Assembly: GCA_043811535.1 (NCBI GenBank)
Contig: JBDRNC010000011.1
Location: 1-59,480, forward strand
Direction: 5' to 3'
Source of the DNA: Elusimicrobiota bacterium
GTDB taxonomy: Bacteria; Elusimicrobiota; Endomicrobiia; Endomicrobiales; JBDRNC01
DNA length: 59,480 nt
Shown here: piece by piece, positions 18,651-28,361 of the stretch
Position numbering within the stretch: position 1 is the first letter of the stretch
How the letters are laid out: each line of letters begins with the position of its first letter
Position numbers and translations under genes: made by a program
Notes under the pieces: model-generated
What the model saw: the letters and a program-made list of their open reading frames with translations, nothing else
The model's database searches: none
Told to the model about the DNA's origin: nothing

Positions 18651-20222
18651 ATGAAAAAGATTGAATTGTTTGACACGACATTGAGAGACGGTTCTCAGGG
18701 GGCGGGAATTTCGTTCACGGTTGACGATAAACTAAAGATTGCCCGCGCGCTGGACAACTTTGGCTTCCATTATATTGAAGGCGGTTGGCCCGGCTCGAAC
18801 GAGAAGGATGAACTTTTCTTTAAAGAAGCAAAAAAGATTAAGTTCAAACACGCAAAGCTTGTCGCTTTCGCATCGACAAGGCATAAAAATCATAAAGCTT
18901 ATCAGGACGCTTCGCTCAAGGCGATTATAGGGTCAAAAGTGAAGGTCGCGTGCATTTTCGGCAAGACTTGGGACATGCACGTGACACACGCCTTGAGGGC
19001 TTCGCTTGAAGATAATCTGAATATGATCTCGGACAGCATTTCTTTTCTGAAATCAAAAGGATTAGAAGCCATATATGACGCCGAGCATTTTTTTGACGGT
19101 TTCAAGGCGAATCGCGAGTACGCGCTCAAGACTTTGAAAGCCGCCGCGGACGCCGGGGCCGCATGCCTTGCGCTCTGCGAAACGAACGGCGGCATGCTTC
19201 CAAACGACATCCGCGAAATAGTTCAGATCGTCGCGAGAAAATTTCCAGGTATGAGGCTTGGTATCCACACGCATAATGATTCCGACTGTGCCGTGGCCAA
19301 TTCTGTCGTAGCCGTGCTCGAAGGGTGCTCGCTTGTCCAGGGCACCGTCAACGGATACGGCGAGCGGTGCGGAAACGCGAATCTCTGTTCGATAATACCG
19401 GCGCTGCAGCTCAAGCTCGGTTATAACTGCTTTCCGAAAGGCAAGTTGCCGCAGCTGACAGAACTCTCCCGCTACGTTGATGAGATCGCGAATCTTCTGC
19501 CGGACGAACAACAGCCGTACGTCGGCAGGAACGCGTTCGCGCACAAAGCGGGTATTCACGTGTCCGCGGTCGCGAGGAACTCATCTACGTACGAGCACAT
19601 GGAACCTTCGGACGTGGGAAATGAGCGCAGGATCCTTGTCAGCGAGCTGTCCGGAAGAAGCAACATCGCTTTCAAGTCCGGCGAGCTTTCGCTTGACCTT
19701 GAAAAGGACCCTGACAACATGACGAAGGTCATTGAGGCCGTTAAAAAAATGGAAAATCAGGGATACCAGTTTGAGGATGCCGACGCCACATTCGCGCTTG
19801 TCGCGCGAAAGGCGCTTGGCAAGCACAAACCTTTTTTTGAACTTAAGAGTTATCATGTGGAAGTCGAGAGGAACTCGCACGGCGAAGTTGTTTCCGAAGC
19901 GACAATTAAAATTGATGTCAACGGCAAGGAAGAGCATACCGTCGCGGAAGGCGAAGGCCCCGTAAACGCCCTTGACGGCTGCATGAGAAAAGCGCTGGCG
20001 AAATTCTATCCCGAGATAAAGGAAGTATCTTTGATGGATTTTAAGGTGAGAGTTATAAATGCTGGCGCGGGTACAGCCGCGAAAGTGCGGGTTTTTATAG
20101 AATCGAAGGACAATCAATCTTCATGGGGAACGGTCGGCGTGTCTGAAAATATCATAGAAGCGTCATGGAAGGCGCTTGTCGACGGAATAGAATATAAACT
20201 GCTGAAGAAACGCAAAAAATAA
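18651..20222 (+). CDS. cimA: Citramalate synthase
   Basis: DTTLRDGSQG, EGGWPGSN, HKAGIH and WGTVGVSENIIEASW motifs (bacterial CimA type). Confidence 0.9.
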   Translation: MKKIELFDTTLRDGSQGAGISFTVDDKLKIARALDNFGFHYIEGGWPGSNEKDELFFKEAKKIKFKHAKLVAFASTRHKNHKAYQDASLKAIIGSKVKVACIFGKTWDMHVTHALRASLEDNLNMISDSISFLKSKGLEAIYDAEHFFDGFKANREYALKTLKAAADAGAACLALCETNGGMLPNDIREIVQIVARKFPGMRLGIHTHNDSDCAVANSVVAVLEGCSLVQGTVNGYGERCGNANLCSIIPALQLKLGYNCFPKGKLPQLTELSRYVDEIANLLPDEQQPYVGRNAFAHKAGIHVSAVARNSSTYEHMEPSDVGNERRILVSELSGRSNIAFKSGELSLDLEKDPDNMTKVIEAVKKMENQGYQFEDADATFALVARKALGKHKPFFELKSYHVEVERNSHGEVVSEATIKIDVNGKEEHTVAEGEGPVNALDGCMRKALAKFYPEIKEVSLMDFKVRVINAGAGTAAKVRVFIESKDNQSSWGTVGVSENIIEASWKALVDGIEYKLLKKRKK

Positions 20223-20304
20223 TTACAAATTACATATTACAGATTACAAATTGACTTCTTTGACATCTTTTAATCTGTAATTTGTAATTGCAGAATCTGT
20301 AATT
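20220..20304. repeat. ATTACA-family palindromic heptamer element
   Basis: Begins in the cimA TAA; inverted arm lies before the ilvD SD. Confidence 0.92.
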
Positions 20305-20319
20305 GAACCGGAGGTTCTT

Positions 20320-21969
20320 ATGAAAAGCAATGAAATCAAGAAAGGCGCTGTCAGGGCGCCGAACCGCTGCCTGATGTACGCGACGGGCGTTGGAACAGGC
20401 GACCTGGGCAAGCCTTACATCGGCGTCGCGTCTTCGTTCACGGACCTCGTTCCGGGTCATATCGGGATGCGCGATCTTGAGCGCTATATAGAAAGAGGGG
20501 TGGCCGCTGGCGGCGGAGTGCCTTTTATTTTCGGAGTTCCCGCGATCTGCGACGGGATAGCAATGGGGCATTCAGGGATGCATTTTTCACTTCCTTCAAG
20601 GGAGCTTATCGCGGACTGCATAGAGTCGGTCGTAAGGGCGCACTGCCTTGACGGGCTTGTACTCCTTACCAACTGCGACAAGATCACGCCGGGTATGCTG
20701 ATGGCTGCCGCGCGCCTCAATATACCCGCAATTGTTGTGACCGCGGGGCCGATGATGACAGGGAATCTCCACGGGAAACGCCGTTCGCTTGTGCGCGACA
20801 CGTTCGAAGCGGTCGGGCAGTTCCAGGCGAAAAAAATAAGCGAGAAAGAGCTGACCGAGCTTGAGATGGCTGCGTGCCCCGGCGCTGGTTCATGCCAGGG
20901 ACTTTACACCGCCAACACTATGGCCTGTCTTACAGAAGCGCTGGGAATGTCGCTCCCGGGTTGCGGAACGGCTCTCGCGGTTTCGGCGCAGAAACGCCGC
21001 ATCGCTTTTGATTCAGGCGAACGGATCGTTGATCTTGTGAACCAGAACATTGTTACGAGAAGGATTCTTACGATGAACGCGTTCAGGAACGCCATATACG
21101 CCGACATGGCGCTCGGAGGCTCGTCCAACACGGTTCTTCATCTTCCGGCGATAGCGAACGAAGCCGGGATAAAACTGCCGTTGGAAATATTTGACGAAAT
21201 TTCAAGAAAAACGCCGCATATAACCCTGCTGGAACCTGCGGGGGACCAGTACATGGAGGACCTTGACCGCGCGGGAGGAGTTCCGGCGGTCTTGTCAGCA
21301 CTTAAGGGGAAACTGGCTTCTTCCATAACGGTCAGCGGAAAAAATATCCTTGAGATAGCGAAAGCGGGTGTCATACTGGACAAGGAAGTCATCAAGGCTT
21401 CCAAACCTTACAGTCACGAGGGCGGCATCGCGATATTAAAGGGCAATCTTGCTCCTGACGGCTGCGTGGTAAAGCAGTCCGCCGTGAAGGAAAAGATGAA
21501 GGTATTCACGGGGCGCGCGAGGATCTTCGAATCCGAAGAAACGGCAATGGAAGCGATACTTAAGAAGAAAATCAAGAAGGGCGATGTTGTCGTCATACGG
21601 TATGAAGGGCCCAGAGGCGGGCCGGGCATGAGAGAGATGCTCAGCCCTACAAGCGCGATACATGGAATGGGCCTTTCGGAATCTGTCGCGCTGATAACGG
21701 ACGGCAGGTTCTCCGGCGGAACGAGAGGGCCTTGCATCGGGCACATATCTCCGGAAGCCGCGGAAGGCGGGCCGATCGCCGCTTTACGCGACGGGGACAT
21801 CATAACCATAGATATACCGAAACGCGCCATTAATGTCCGCCTTACGGATACCGAGATTAGCCTGCGTCTTGCCAAGTGGACCTCTCCGGTGAACAAATTC
21901 AAGTTCGGATACCTGAGCAGGTACGCGAGGATGGTTGGTTCGGCGAGTACAGGTGCGGTTTTAAAGTAA
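20320..21969 (+). CDS. ilvD: Dihydroxy-acid dehydratase
   Basis: [25 protein letters not shown] and TDGRFSGG motifs. Confidence 0.98.
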   Translation: MKSNEIKKGAVRAPNRCLMYATGVGTGDLGKPYIGVASSFTDLVPGHIGMRDLERYIERGVAAGGGVPFIFGVPAICDGIAMGHSGMHFSLPSRELIADCIESVVRAHCLDGLVLLTNCDKITPGMLMAAARLNIPAIVVTAGPMMTGNLHGKRRSLVRDTFEAVGQFQAKKISEKELTELEMAACPGAGSCQGLYTANTMACLTEALGMSLPGCGTALAVSAQKRRIAFDSGERIVDLVNQNIVTRRILTMNAFRNAIYADMALGGSSNTVLHLPAIANEAGIKLPLEIFDEISRKTPHITLLEPAGDQYMEDLDRAGGVPAVLSALKGKLASSITVSGKNILEIAKAGVILDKEVIKASKPYSHEGGIAILKGNLAPDGCVVKQSAVKEKMKVFTGRARIFESEETAMEAILKKKIKKGDVVVIRYEGPRGGPGMREMLSPTSAIHGMGLSESVALITDGRFSGGTRGPCIGHISPEAAEGGPIAALRDGDIITIDIPKRAINVRLTDTEISLRLAKWTSPVNKFKFGYLSRYARMVGSASTGAVLK

Positions 21970-21975
21970 AACCGC

Positions 21976-22053
21976 ACATTTCAAATTACAGATTACAAAT
22001 TGCAAATTAGAACTAATGAAATCTGTAATGTGTAATTGCAAAATTTGTAATTG
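21976..22053. repeat. ATTACA-family palindromic heptamer element
   Basis: aattaca gattaca aattgca aatt / aatctgt aatgtgt aattgca aaatttgt aatt. Confidence 0.88.
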
Positions 22054-22068
22054 CTTTTGGAGGTCTTA

Positions 22069-23796
22069 ATGCAGAAAACAGGCGCTGAAATATTGATTGA
22101 GTGTTTGATTAAGGAAAAGGTTGAAGTTGTCTTCGGCTATCCCGGAGGGCAGGTGCTGCCCATTTTTAACGCGTTGTACGGGGCCCCTTTCAAGTTCATT
22201 CTGCCGAGACATGAGCAGGGAGCCGCCCACATGGCCGACGGCTACGCGCGTTCCACAGGAAAAGTCGGTGTCTGCCTGGCTACGTCCGGACCCGGCGCGA
22301 CCAATCTGGTCACAGGGCTGGCCACGGCTTATATGGACTCGGTACCGGTTGTCGCGTTCACGGGACAAGTGCCTACTACAATGATTGGCAACGACGCGTT
22401 CCAGGAAGCCGACATAACAGGCATAACGAGGCCCGTCACAAAACATAATTTTCTTGTCAAGGATGTCAAGGAACTCGCACAGACCATCCGCGAGGCGTTT
22501 TACATCGCTTCGACGGGAAGGCCCGGACCGGTTCTGATAGATATCCCTTCCGATGTCCAGCGGGCATCGACGGAATTCGTCTGGCCTGAAAATATAGAGA
22601 TACGTTCTTATAAACCGAATGTTAAAGGGCATCCCGGGCAGATAAAACGGGCGGCGAAGGCGATAAATGAAAGCAAGCAGCCGGTTTTGTATATCGGCGG
22701 GGGCATAATTATATCGGACGCTGCCGCTGAAGTCCAGGAACTCGCGAAGAAAGCGGATATCCCGGTCACGGCTACATTACTGGGATTAGGTGCTTTCCCG
22801 CCGGATTCCCCGCTATATATGGGGATGCTCGGCATGCACGGAACGTACTGGGCGAACATGTCGATACAAAATACTGACCTGATAATCGCTGTGGGCGCCA
22901 GGTTCGACGACAGGTGCACCGGCAAGATTTCCCATTTCGCGCCTAAGGCCAAGATCATTCACATAGACATTGACCCGACATCAATTTCAAAGAGCATATG
23001 CGCGAATATCCCCGTTGTCGGCGATGCCAAACTCGTGCTGGCCGATCTTCTGAAAGAAGTAAAGAAAGCTTCGCACGCGGAGTGGCTGAAAACGATAGAC
23101 AAATGGAGAAAAACTCAGCCGCTTTCCTATGAACAGGACTCAAAACTGCGGCCGCAGTACGTCATCGAAACGATTTCAGAAATAACTAAGGGCGACGCGA
23201 TACTTGTTACTGACGTCGGGCAGCATCAGATGTGGTCGGCGCAGTACTACAAAGCGAAGAAACCCCGCCATTTCCTGAGCTCTGGGGGGCTCGGCACGAT
23301 GGGTTACGGTTTTCCCGCCGGGATAGGTGCTAAAATAGCCAATCCCGGGAAAGACGTAATCGTTGTTTCCGGCGACGGCGGGTTTCAGATGAACATCCAG
23401 GAACTGGCGACGGCTGTCGTAAACAAGGTGAACGTCAAGGTAATGATAATAAACAATGGATACCTGGGTATGGTCCGGCAGTGGCAGGAATTGTTCTGGG
23501 ACAAGAAATACTCGCATACATGCCTGCAGAAGACTTCTGACTGCCCGGAGAAATGCAGCCAGCCCGTGCATAAAAGCTGTCCCGGATTTATCCCTGATTT
23601 CATTAAAGTCGCGGAGGCGTACGGCGCCGCCGGCATCAGGGTTTCCGACAAAAAACAGGTCGGGCCCGCAATAAAAAAGGCGCTGGCGATGGATAAACCG
23701 GTCGTCATTGAATTTATCGTTGAACAGGAAGAGAACGTCTTCCCGATGGTTCCCGCGGGCCACGCGCTGGACGAGATACTTACCAGTCTTGCTTAA
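22069..23796 (+). CDS. ilvB: Acetolactate synthase large subunit
   Basis: FGYPGG, RHEQGA, TSGPGATN, GDGGFQM and GMVRQWQ motifs. Confidence 0.97.
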   Translation: MQKTGAEILIECLIKEKVEVVFGYPGGQVLPIFNALYGAPFKFILPRHEQGAAHMADGYARSTGKVGVCLATSGPGATNLVTGLATAYMDSVPVVAFTGQVPTTMIGNDAFQEADITGITRPVTKHNFLVKDVKELAQTIREAFYIASTGRPGPVLIDIPSDVQRASTEFVWPENIEIRSYKPNVKGHPGQIKRAAKAINESKQPVLYIGGGIIISDAAAEVQELAKKADIPVTATLLGLGAFPPDSPLYMGMLGMHGTYWANMSIQNTDLIIAVGARFDDRCTGKISHFAPKAKIIHIDIDPTSISKSICANIPVVGDAKLVLADLLKEVKKASHAEWLKTIDKWRKTQPLSYEQDSKLRPQYVIETISEITKGDAILVTDVGQHQMWSAQYYKAKKPRHFLSSGGLGTMGYGFPAGIGAKIANPGKDVIVVSGDGGFQMNIQELATAVVNKVNVKVMIINNGYLGMVRQWQELFWDKKYSHTCLQKTSDCPEKCSQPVHKSCPGFIPDFIKVAEAYGAAGIRVSDKKQVGPAIKKALAMDKPVVIEFIVEQEENVFPMVPAGHALDEILTSLA

Positions 23797-23813
23797 CGCA
23801 AGACTGGATTGCC

Positions 23814-23889
23814 GTCATTGCGAACGAAGTGAAGCAATCTCAGGTGTTTAGTATTCAGAGATCGCCACGGTCTTCGGCCTCGCGATGAC
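23814..23889. repeat. RPE/REP-like palindromic element
   Basis: gtcattgcga...gaagcaatctc...gagatcgcc...tcgcgatgac with nested inverted repeats. Confidence 0.75.
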
Positions 23890-23933
23890 CCCGGAAATCG
23901 GGGTCAATCTGTAATTGTTTTTTGGAGGTTGAT

Positions 23934-24419
23934 ATGAAACACACTATTTCAGTCCTGGTCGAGAATAAGTTCGGCGTCCTTGCGAGAATATCGACGCTGT
24001 TCGCGGCGCGGGGCTTCAACATTGACTCGCTTTCGGTCGGAGAAACGGAAAATCCTGATATTTCAAGGATGACAATAGTCGTAAAAGGCGACGACCGCAT
24101 ACTTGAGCAGGTTGAAAAACAGCTTAACAAGCTTGTGGATGTCATCAAGGTGTTTGATTTTCTTGAAACTCAGCATATCGAGCGCGACCTCGCCCTGATA
24201 AAGGTCAAGGCGGACAAGGATACCAGGTCCGAGATACTGCAGATAACCGACATTTTCCGCGCGAAAATAATAGATTTTTCGTCTGATACCATCATAATAG
24301 AGATGACGGGGGACGAGGAGAAAATAGAGGCGATGACAAACATGCTGAGGCCCTACGGAATAAAAGAGCTGTGCCGCACGGGCATCGTTGCGATGGCGCG
24401 CGGGGAGAAGCAGAATTAA
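23934..24419 (+). CDS. ilvN: Acetolactate synthase small subunit
   Basis: [19 protein letters not shown] and KQLNKLVDV motifs. Confidence 0.97.
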   Translation: MKHTISVLVENKFGVLARISTLFAARGFNIDSLSVGETENPDISRMTIVVKGDDRILEQVEKQLNKLVDVIKVFDFLETQHIERDLALIKVKADKDTRSEILQITDIFRAKIIDFSSDTIIIEMTGDEEKIEAMTNMLRPYGIKELCRTGIVAMARGEKQN

Positions 24420-24423
24420 AATA

Positions 24424-24497
24424 CAGGGTCCAGTATCCAGTCTCCAGCGTCCAGTAAAAACAAAAACAAATCATTTAAATCCTGGACCCTGGACCCT
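24424..24497. repeat. Palindromic heptamer element (CAGGGTC arm / GACCCTG arm)
   Basis: cagggtc cagtatc cagtctc cagcgtc cag ... ctggacc ctggacc ct. Confidence 0.85.
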
Positions 24498-24563
24498 CAG
24501 CAAAAGAAAATGAGAAAATTCTTATTTAAAATAACGCTCTAACAGCGCTAAAAGGAGAGAAAG

Positions 24564-25577
24564 ATGGCAGAGAACAAGACGGGACTTAAGATTTATTACG
24601 ACAAGGACGCGGATTTGAAGGAATTGAAAGGGAAAAAAATCGCGATAATAGGTTATGGAAGCCAGGGCCACGCGCAGGCGCAGAATCTGCGGGATTCGGG
24701 TCTTAACGTTGTTGTGGCTGAAATGGCAGGAACCGACAACTATAAGAAAGCGGTTGCTGACGGATTTAAACCGGTTACCGCCGGAGAAGCGGCAAAGGAC
24801 GCCGATTGGATACAAATGCTTGTCCCTGATCAGACGCAAGCCAAGGTCTGGCACGCGGAAGTCAAACAGGTAATAAAGAAAGGAGCCACCCTCGGCTTTT
24901 CACATGGTTTCAATATAAGATATAACCAGATTGAGCCGTCAAAGGATGTTAATGTCGTCATGATCGCTCCCAAAGGCCCGGGGCATCTGGTCCGCCGACA
25001 GTACACGGAAGGCAAAGGCGTTCCGTGCCTCATAGCCATTGAGCAGGACGCGACAAAGAACGCGAAAGATATCGGCCTTGCGTACGCCAAAGGCATCGGC
25101 GGCACGAGGGGCGGAGTCATAGAAACGACTTTTTCAGAAGAAACTGAAACCGACCTTTTCGGCGAGCAGGTCGTGCTTTGCGGCGGGCTTGTTGAACTCA
25201 TCAAAGCGGGCTTTGACACGCTTGTGGAAGCCGGTTACCAGCCAGAGATTGCTTATTTTGAATGTCTGCACGAATGCAAGCTTATCATCGACATGATATA
25301 CGAAGACGGCATCGGCTGGATGAATTACTCTATATCCGATACGGCGGAATACGGCGAGTACGCCGTAGGAAAAAGGATAATTAACGAACAGACTCGCGCC
25401 GAAATGAGAAAAGTTCTGGCGGAAATCAGGTCCGGTCAGTTCGCGAAAGACTGGCTTCTTGAGAATCAGGTCGGACGCCCGGTGTTTAACCAGGCAAGAA
25501 GGGAGCTTGACGGGCACTTGATCGAAAAAGTGGGCAAAAAGCTGCGCGGTATGATGACGTGGCTGAAAAAGAAATAA
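24564..25577 (+). CDS. ilvC: Ketol-acid reductoisomerase
   Basis: [23 protein letters not shown] and SDTAEYG motifs. Confidence 0.98.
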   Translation: MAENKTGLKIYYDKDADLKELKGKKIAIIGYGSQGHAQAQNLRDSGLNVVVAEMAGTDNYKKAVADGFKPVTAGEAAKDADWIQMLVPDQTQAKVWHAEVKQVIKKGATLGFSHGFNIRYNQIEPSKDVNVVMIAPKGPGHLVRRQYTEGKGVPCLIAIEQDATKNAKDIGLAYAKGIGGTRGGVIETTFSEETETDLFGEQVVLCGGLVELIKAGFDTLVEAGYQPEIAYFECLHECKLIIDMIYEDGIGWMNYSISDTAEYGEYAVGKRIINEQTRAEMRKVLAEIRSGQFAKDWLLENQVGRPVFNQARRELDGHLIEKVGKKLRGMMTWLKKK

Positions 25578-25652
25578 CATTACAGATTCAGCAATTACAT
25601 ATTACAGATTTAAGGATATAGAATTTGTAATTTGTAATCTGTAATTTGTAAT
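25578..25652. repeat. ATTACA-family palindromic heptamer element
   Basis: cattaca gatt...aattaca tattaca gatt / aatttgt aatttgt aatctgt aatttgt aat. Confidence 0.9.
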
Positions 25653-25662
25653 AATAAAAAAT

Positions 25663-26613
25663 ATGCATATTAAAATAACTCGAAAGAATGTAATCATAGG
25701 AATTGTAGGGCTTATTGCGGCCTATTTTCTGGTTAATTGGGTCCTGTCAGGGATAATTCATTCCCGCAATGAAGTGATGGTGCCCGATCTCAAGGCTAAA
25801 TCGCTTGCGGAAGCGGTATCGCTTCTTTCTCCTCTGAACCTGGGAATAAAGAAGGAGGACGAACAGTTCGATAAGAACTATCCTGCGGGAACTGTTGTCA
25901 GGCAGAATCCTCAACCGGGTATAACGGTCCGCGAAGGCAAAATCGTGCGCGTGACTATCAGTCAGGGAGGAGAGACAATATTTGTCCCTGACCTGACCGG
26001 ACAGCAGGCGCGCACGGCCGAGATCAATATCCGCTCGCTCGGGTTGAGCCTGGGGGAGGAATCAACCAGGCATTCCCTAGTCATTGACAAAGGTTCAGTT
26101 GTTTCTCAGGATCCCTCCGCGGGAACCATTGTGGACAAGGAATCGCTTGTGAATCTGGTCATTTCGGCGGGAACGCCTCCCGACAATATGATATTGACGC
26201 CTAATTTCATCGGAAAGAACTCCGGAGAAGCAAAAAAGTGGGCCGAAGAAAAAGGCGTTCAGCTGGACGTGGCCGAAGAGCCTGCCGCGGGAGTCGCTTC
26301 GGGGACTATCATCAGGCAGGATCCCGCGGCCGACACTGATATTACTACATCCAAACAGGTGCGGATCGCCGCGGCTACGGAAACCGGAGCGGTTCCGTTT
26401 AGGGGAAGGACATTCTACTATGAGATCCCTCAGGGCGGCGGTGACAGAGAACTGCGCCTGGTGCTTCTCGATGACGGCGGGGAAAAGGAAATATTCAAGG
26501 GCATAAAAGCCCCGGGCACAAAGCTTGAATTGCCGATCGATCCTAAAGGCGGAGACGCCCGGATAAGGATTTTTATTAATAATATACTGGTGGAAGAAAG
26601 GGAGATCAATTAA
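25663..26613 (+). CDS. PASTA-domain membrane protein
   Basis: N-terminal TM segment and three VPDL/PNF...QxP PASTA repeats; usual position upstream of rpe. Confidence 0.88.
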   Translation: MHIKITRKNVIIGIVGLIAAYFLVNWVLSGIIHSRNEVMVPDLKAKSLAEAVSLLSPLNLGIKKEDEQFDKNYPAGTVVRQNPQPGITVREGKIVRVTISQGGETIFVPDLTGQQARTAEINIRSLGLSLGEESTRHSLVIDKGSVVSQDPSAGTIVDKESLVNLVISAGTPPDNMILTPNFIGKNSGEAKKWAEEKGVQLDVAEEPAAGVASGTIIRQDPAADTDITTSKQVRIAAATETGAVPFRGRTFYYEIPQGGGDRELRLVLLDDGGEKEIFKGIKAPGTKLELPIDPKGGDARIRIFINNILVEEREIN

Positions 26614-26617
26614 TGCC

Positions 26618-26646
26618 GGACGGAAGAAGGAAGACGGAAGACGGAA
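26618..26646 (+). repeat. Heptamer array (AGACGGA-like)
   Basis: ggacgga agaagga agacgga agacgga. Confidence 0.75.
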
Positions 26647-26653
26647 AAAAATC

Positions 26654-27334
26654 ATGAAAAAAGTCATCATAGCACCGTCGATATTATCCGCTGATTTTTC
26701 CAGATTGGGCGAACAGATCAAGGCCGTGGAAGAGGCCGGGGCCGAATGGCTCCATATAGATATCATGGACGGCCATTTTGTGCAGAATCTGACCATAGGC
26801 CCGGCCGTTGTCAAGTCGCTGCGCCCGGTTTCCAAATTGTTTTTTGACGTTCATCTGATGATTGAAAGGCCCGATAAGTACTGGCAGGAATTCAAGGCCG
26901 CCGGCGCCGATCTCGTGACTTTTCACGTCGAGTGCAAACTTGACAGGAAAAAACTGATAGAAGATATGAGGCAGGCGGGTCTGAAGGTTGGAGTGACTTT
27001 AAGGCCTGTTACGGATGTTGACAAGATAGTGCCGCTGCTCCCGATGCTGGATATGGTTCTGATAATGACGGTTGAACCCGGGTTCGGAGGTCAGAAATTC
27101 ATGCCTGAGATGCTGCCCCGGATAAAAGCTGTCAAGGACAGAATAGTGAAAGAGAAGTTGAATTGCCTTCTTCAGGTTGACGGCGGGATAAATGCTGAAA
27201 CGGCTGTTCAGGTTGTCCAGGCCGGAGGCAATGTGCTGGTAGTGGGTAATTCGGTTTTCAAAGCGCCAGATCCTGCGGCCGCTGTCAGGGCCATAATGGC
27301 CAGCGTTGACAATCCCGTCAATAAAAAGGTATAA
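26654..27334 (+). CDS. rpe: Ribulose-phosphate 3-epimerase
   Basis: APSILSADF, HIDIMDGHFV, PGFGGQKF and VDGGIN motifs. Confidence 0.97.
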   Translation: MKKVIIAPSILSADFSRLGEQIKAVEEAGAEWLHIDIMDGHFVQNLTIGPAVVKSLRPVSKLFFDVHLMIERPDKYWQEFKAAGADLVTFHVECKLDRKKLIEDMRQAGLKVGVTLRPVTDVDKIVPLLPMLDMVLIMTVEPGFGGQKFMPEMLPRIKAVKDRIVKEKLNCLLQVDGGINAETAVQVVQAGGNVLVVGNSVFKAPDPAAAVRAIMASVDNPVNKKV

Positions 27335-27335
27335 T
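27306..27335 (+). promoter_or_regulatory. Putative sigma70 promoter for rpsP operon
   Basis: TTGACA-18 nt-TATAAT. Confidence 0.7.
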
Positions 27336-27398
27336 TACGGCTCAAATATCAATCTAAAAATTGAAATAAGCCGCTATTTAACGGAGGTGAACTAACAA

Positions 27399-27632
27399 AT
27401 GACAGTCAGGTTAAGGTTGCAGCGTATAGGGAAACCGAAACGTCCATATTACAAGGTTGTAGTCATCGATTCCAGGTCCAAAAGAGACGGCGCGCCTATT
27501 GAGGTGCTTGGACAGTACGATCCAATGTTAAAGGAAAGTAAATTCAAAATAAACAAGGATAGAATCGACTACTGGTTGAAGCAGGGCGCACGCCCGTCGC
27601 GTGTGGTAGAATCCATGCTTAAAAAGGCATGA
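27399..27632 (+). CDS. rpsP: 30S ribosomal protein S16
   Basis: RL.R.G...RPYY, DSRSKRDG and W...GARPS motifs. Confidence 0.97.
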   Translation: MTVRLRLQRIGKPKRPYYKVVVIDSRSKRDGAPIEVLGQYDPMLKESKFKINKDRIDYWLKQGARPSRVVESMLKKA

Positions 27633-27634
27633 AG

Positions 27635-27660
27635 AATAGCGTTTAGCGTGTAGCGAATAG
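27635..27660 (+). repeat. Heptamer array (TAGCG-containing)
   Basis: aatagcg tttagcg tgtagcg aatag. Confidence 0.75.
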
Positions 27661-27677
27661 TCTACGATAACAACAAG

Positions 27678-27828
27678 GCAGGGAGGTCTAAACGGGATGA
27701 AGAAAGGCTTCAAGGTATGAAATCCCGTTAGACCGCGCAGGTTTTTAGAGAGAATCAGAGTATTCAACAAGAAGTAATTAACGCTCAACGAAGTTCTTTC
27801 TGTTGAATAACGGAGGTCTAAAGGGATG
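27678..27828 (+). promoter_or_regulatory. Putative uORF (MKKGFKV, 27697-27720) plus anti-SD element upstream of khpA
   Basis: atcccgttagacc (27722-27734) is complementary both to the uORF start region (27685-27698) and to the khpA SD/start region (27815-27827). Confidence 0.6.
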
Positions 27829-28056
27829 AAAGATATTGTTCTTTATATAGCCAAAGCACTTGTAGATAATCCCGGTGAGGTTGAGGTAAAGGAAGTAGCC
27901 GGTGAAAAGGCGACTGTCATTGAACTTAAAGTCGCTGAAAGCGACCGCGGGAAAGTTATAGGCAAGGAAGGCAGGATTATTAAGTCAATACGGACTATCG
28001 TGAATTCCGCGTCAGCCAAGATGGAAAAAAGGGCGACGGTTGAGATAGTGGAGTAG
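27826..28056 (+). CDS. khpA: KH-domain RNA-binding protein
   Basis: LVDNP and D.GKVIGKEGR motifs; lies between rpsP and rimM. Confidence 0.93.
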   Translation: MKDIVLYIAKALVDNPGEVEVKEVAGEKATVIELKVAESDRGKVIGKEGRIIKSIRTIVNSASAKMEKRATVEIVE

Positions 28057-28067
28057 CGGCGGAAGAA

Positions 28068-28361
28068 GTGAAAAAACAATCCTGGAAGGTCTCTGATATA
28101 GCCGGAAGCGAGGTATTTGACGTTTCCGGAGAGAAGATCGGCTTGTTGGCCGATGTCCTCCCTTCCGGCGGCAACGACATCTGGGTTGTGGTCAATCCTT
28201 CAGGGCGTTACAAGGAGATCCTTGTGCCGGCGCTTAAAAGCGTCGTGAAAGAGGTTGACGTGCAGAATAAAAAGATCGTAGTCCAGCTTCCGGCGGGATT
28301 GAAGGAAATTTACCAGTCGGAAGATAAGCCGGCGGATTTGACGGGTAGTTATGAAGATTGA
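28068..28361 (+). CDS. rimM: Short RimM, PRC-barrel domain only
   Basis: G...DV...GGNDIWVV...EILVPA...V..VD motif; canonical position; only 97 aa. Confidence 0.8.
   Translation: MKKQSWKVSDIAGSEVFDVSGEKIGLLADVLPSGGNDIWVVVNPSGRYKEILVPALKSVVKEVDVQNKKIVVQLPAGLKEIYQSEDKPADLTGSYED

Noticed and set aside
6728..25652. ATTACA repeats with unique spacers as a CRISPR array
   Set aside because: Copies are dispersed, arms are inverted and internally tandem, and no cas genes are present
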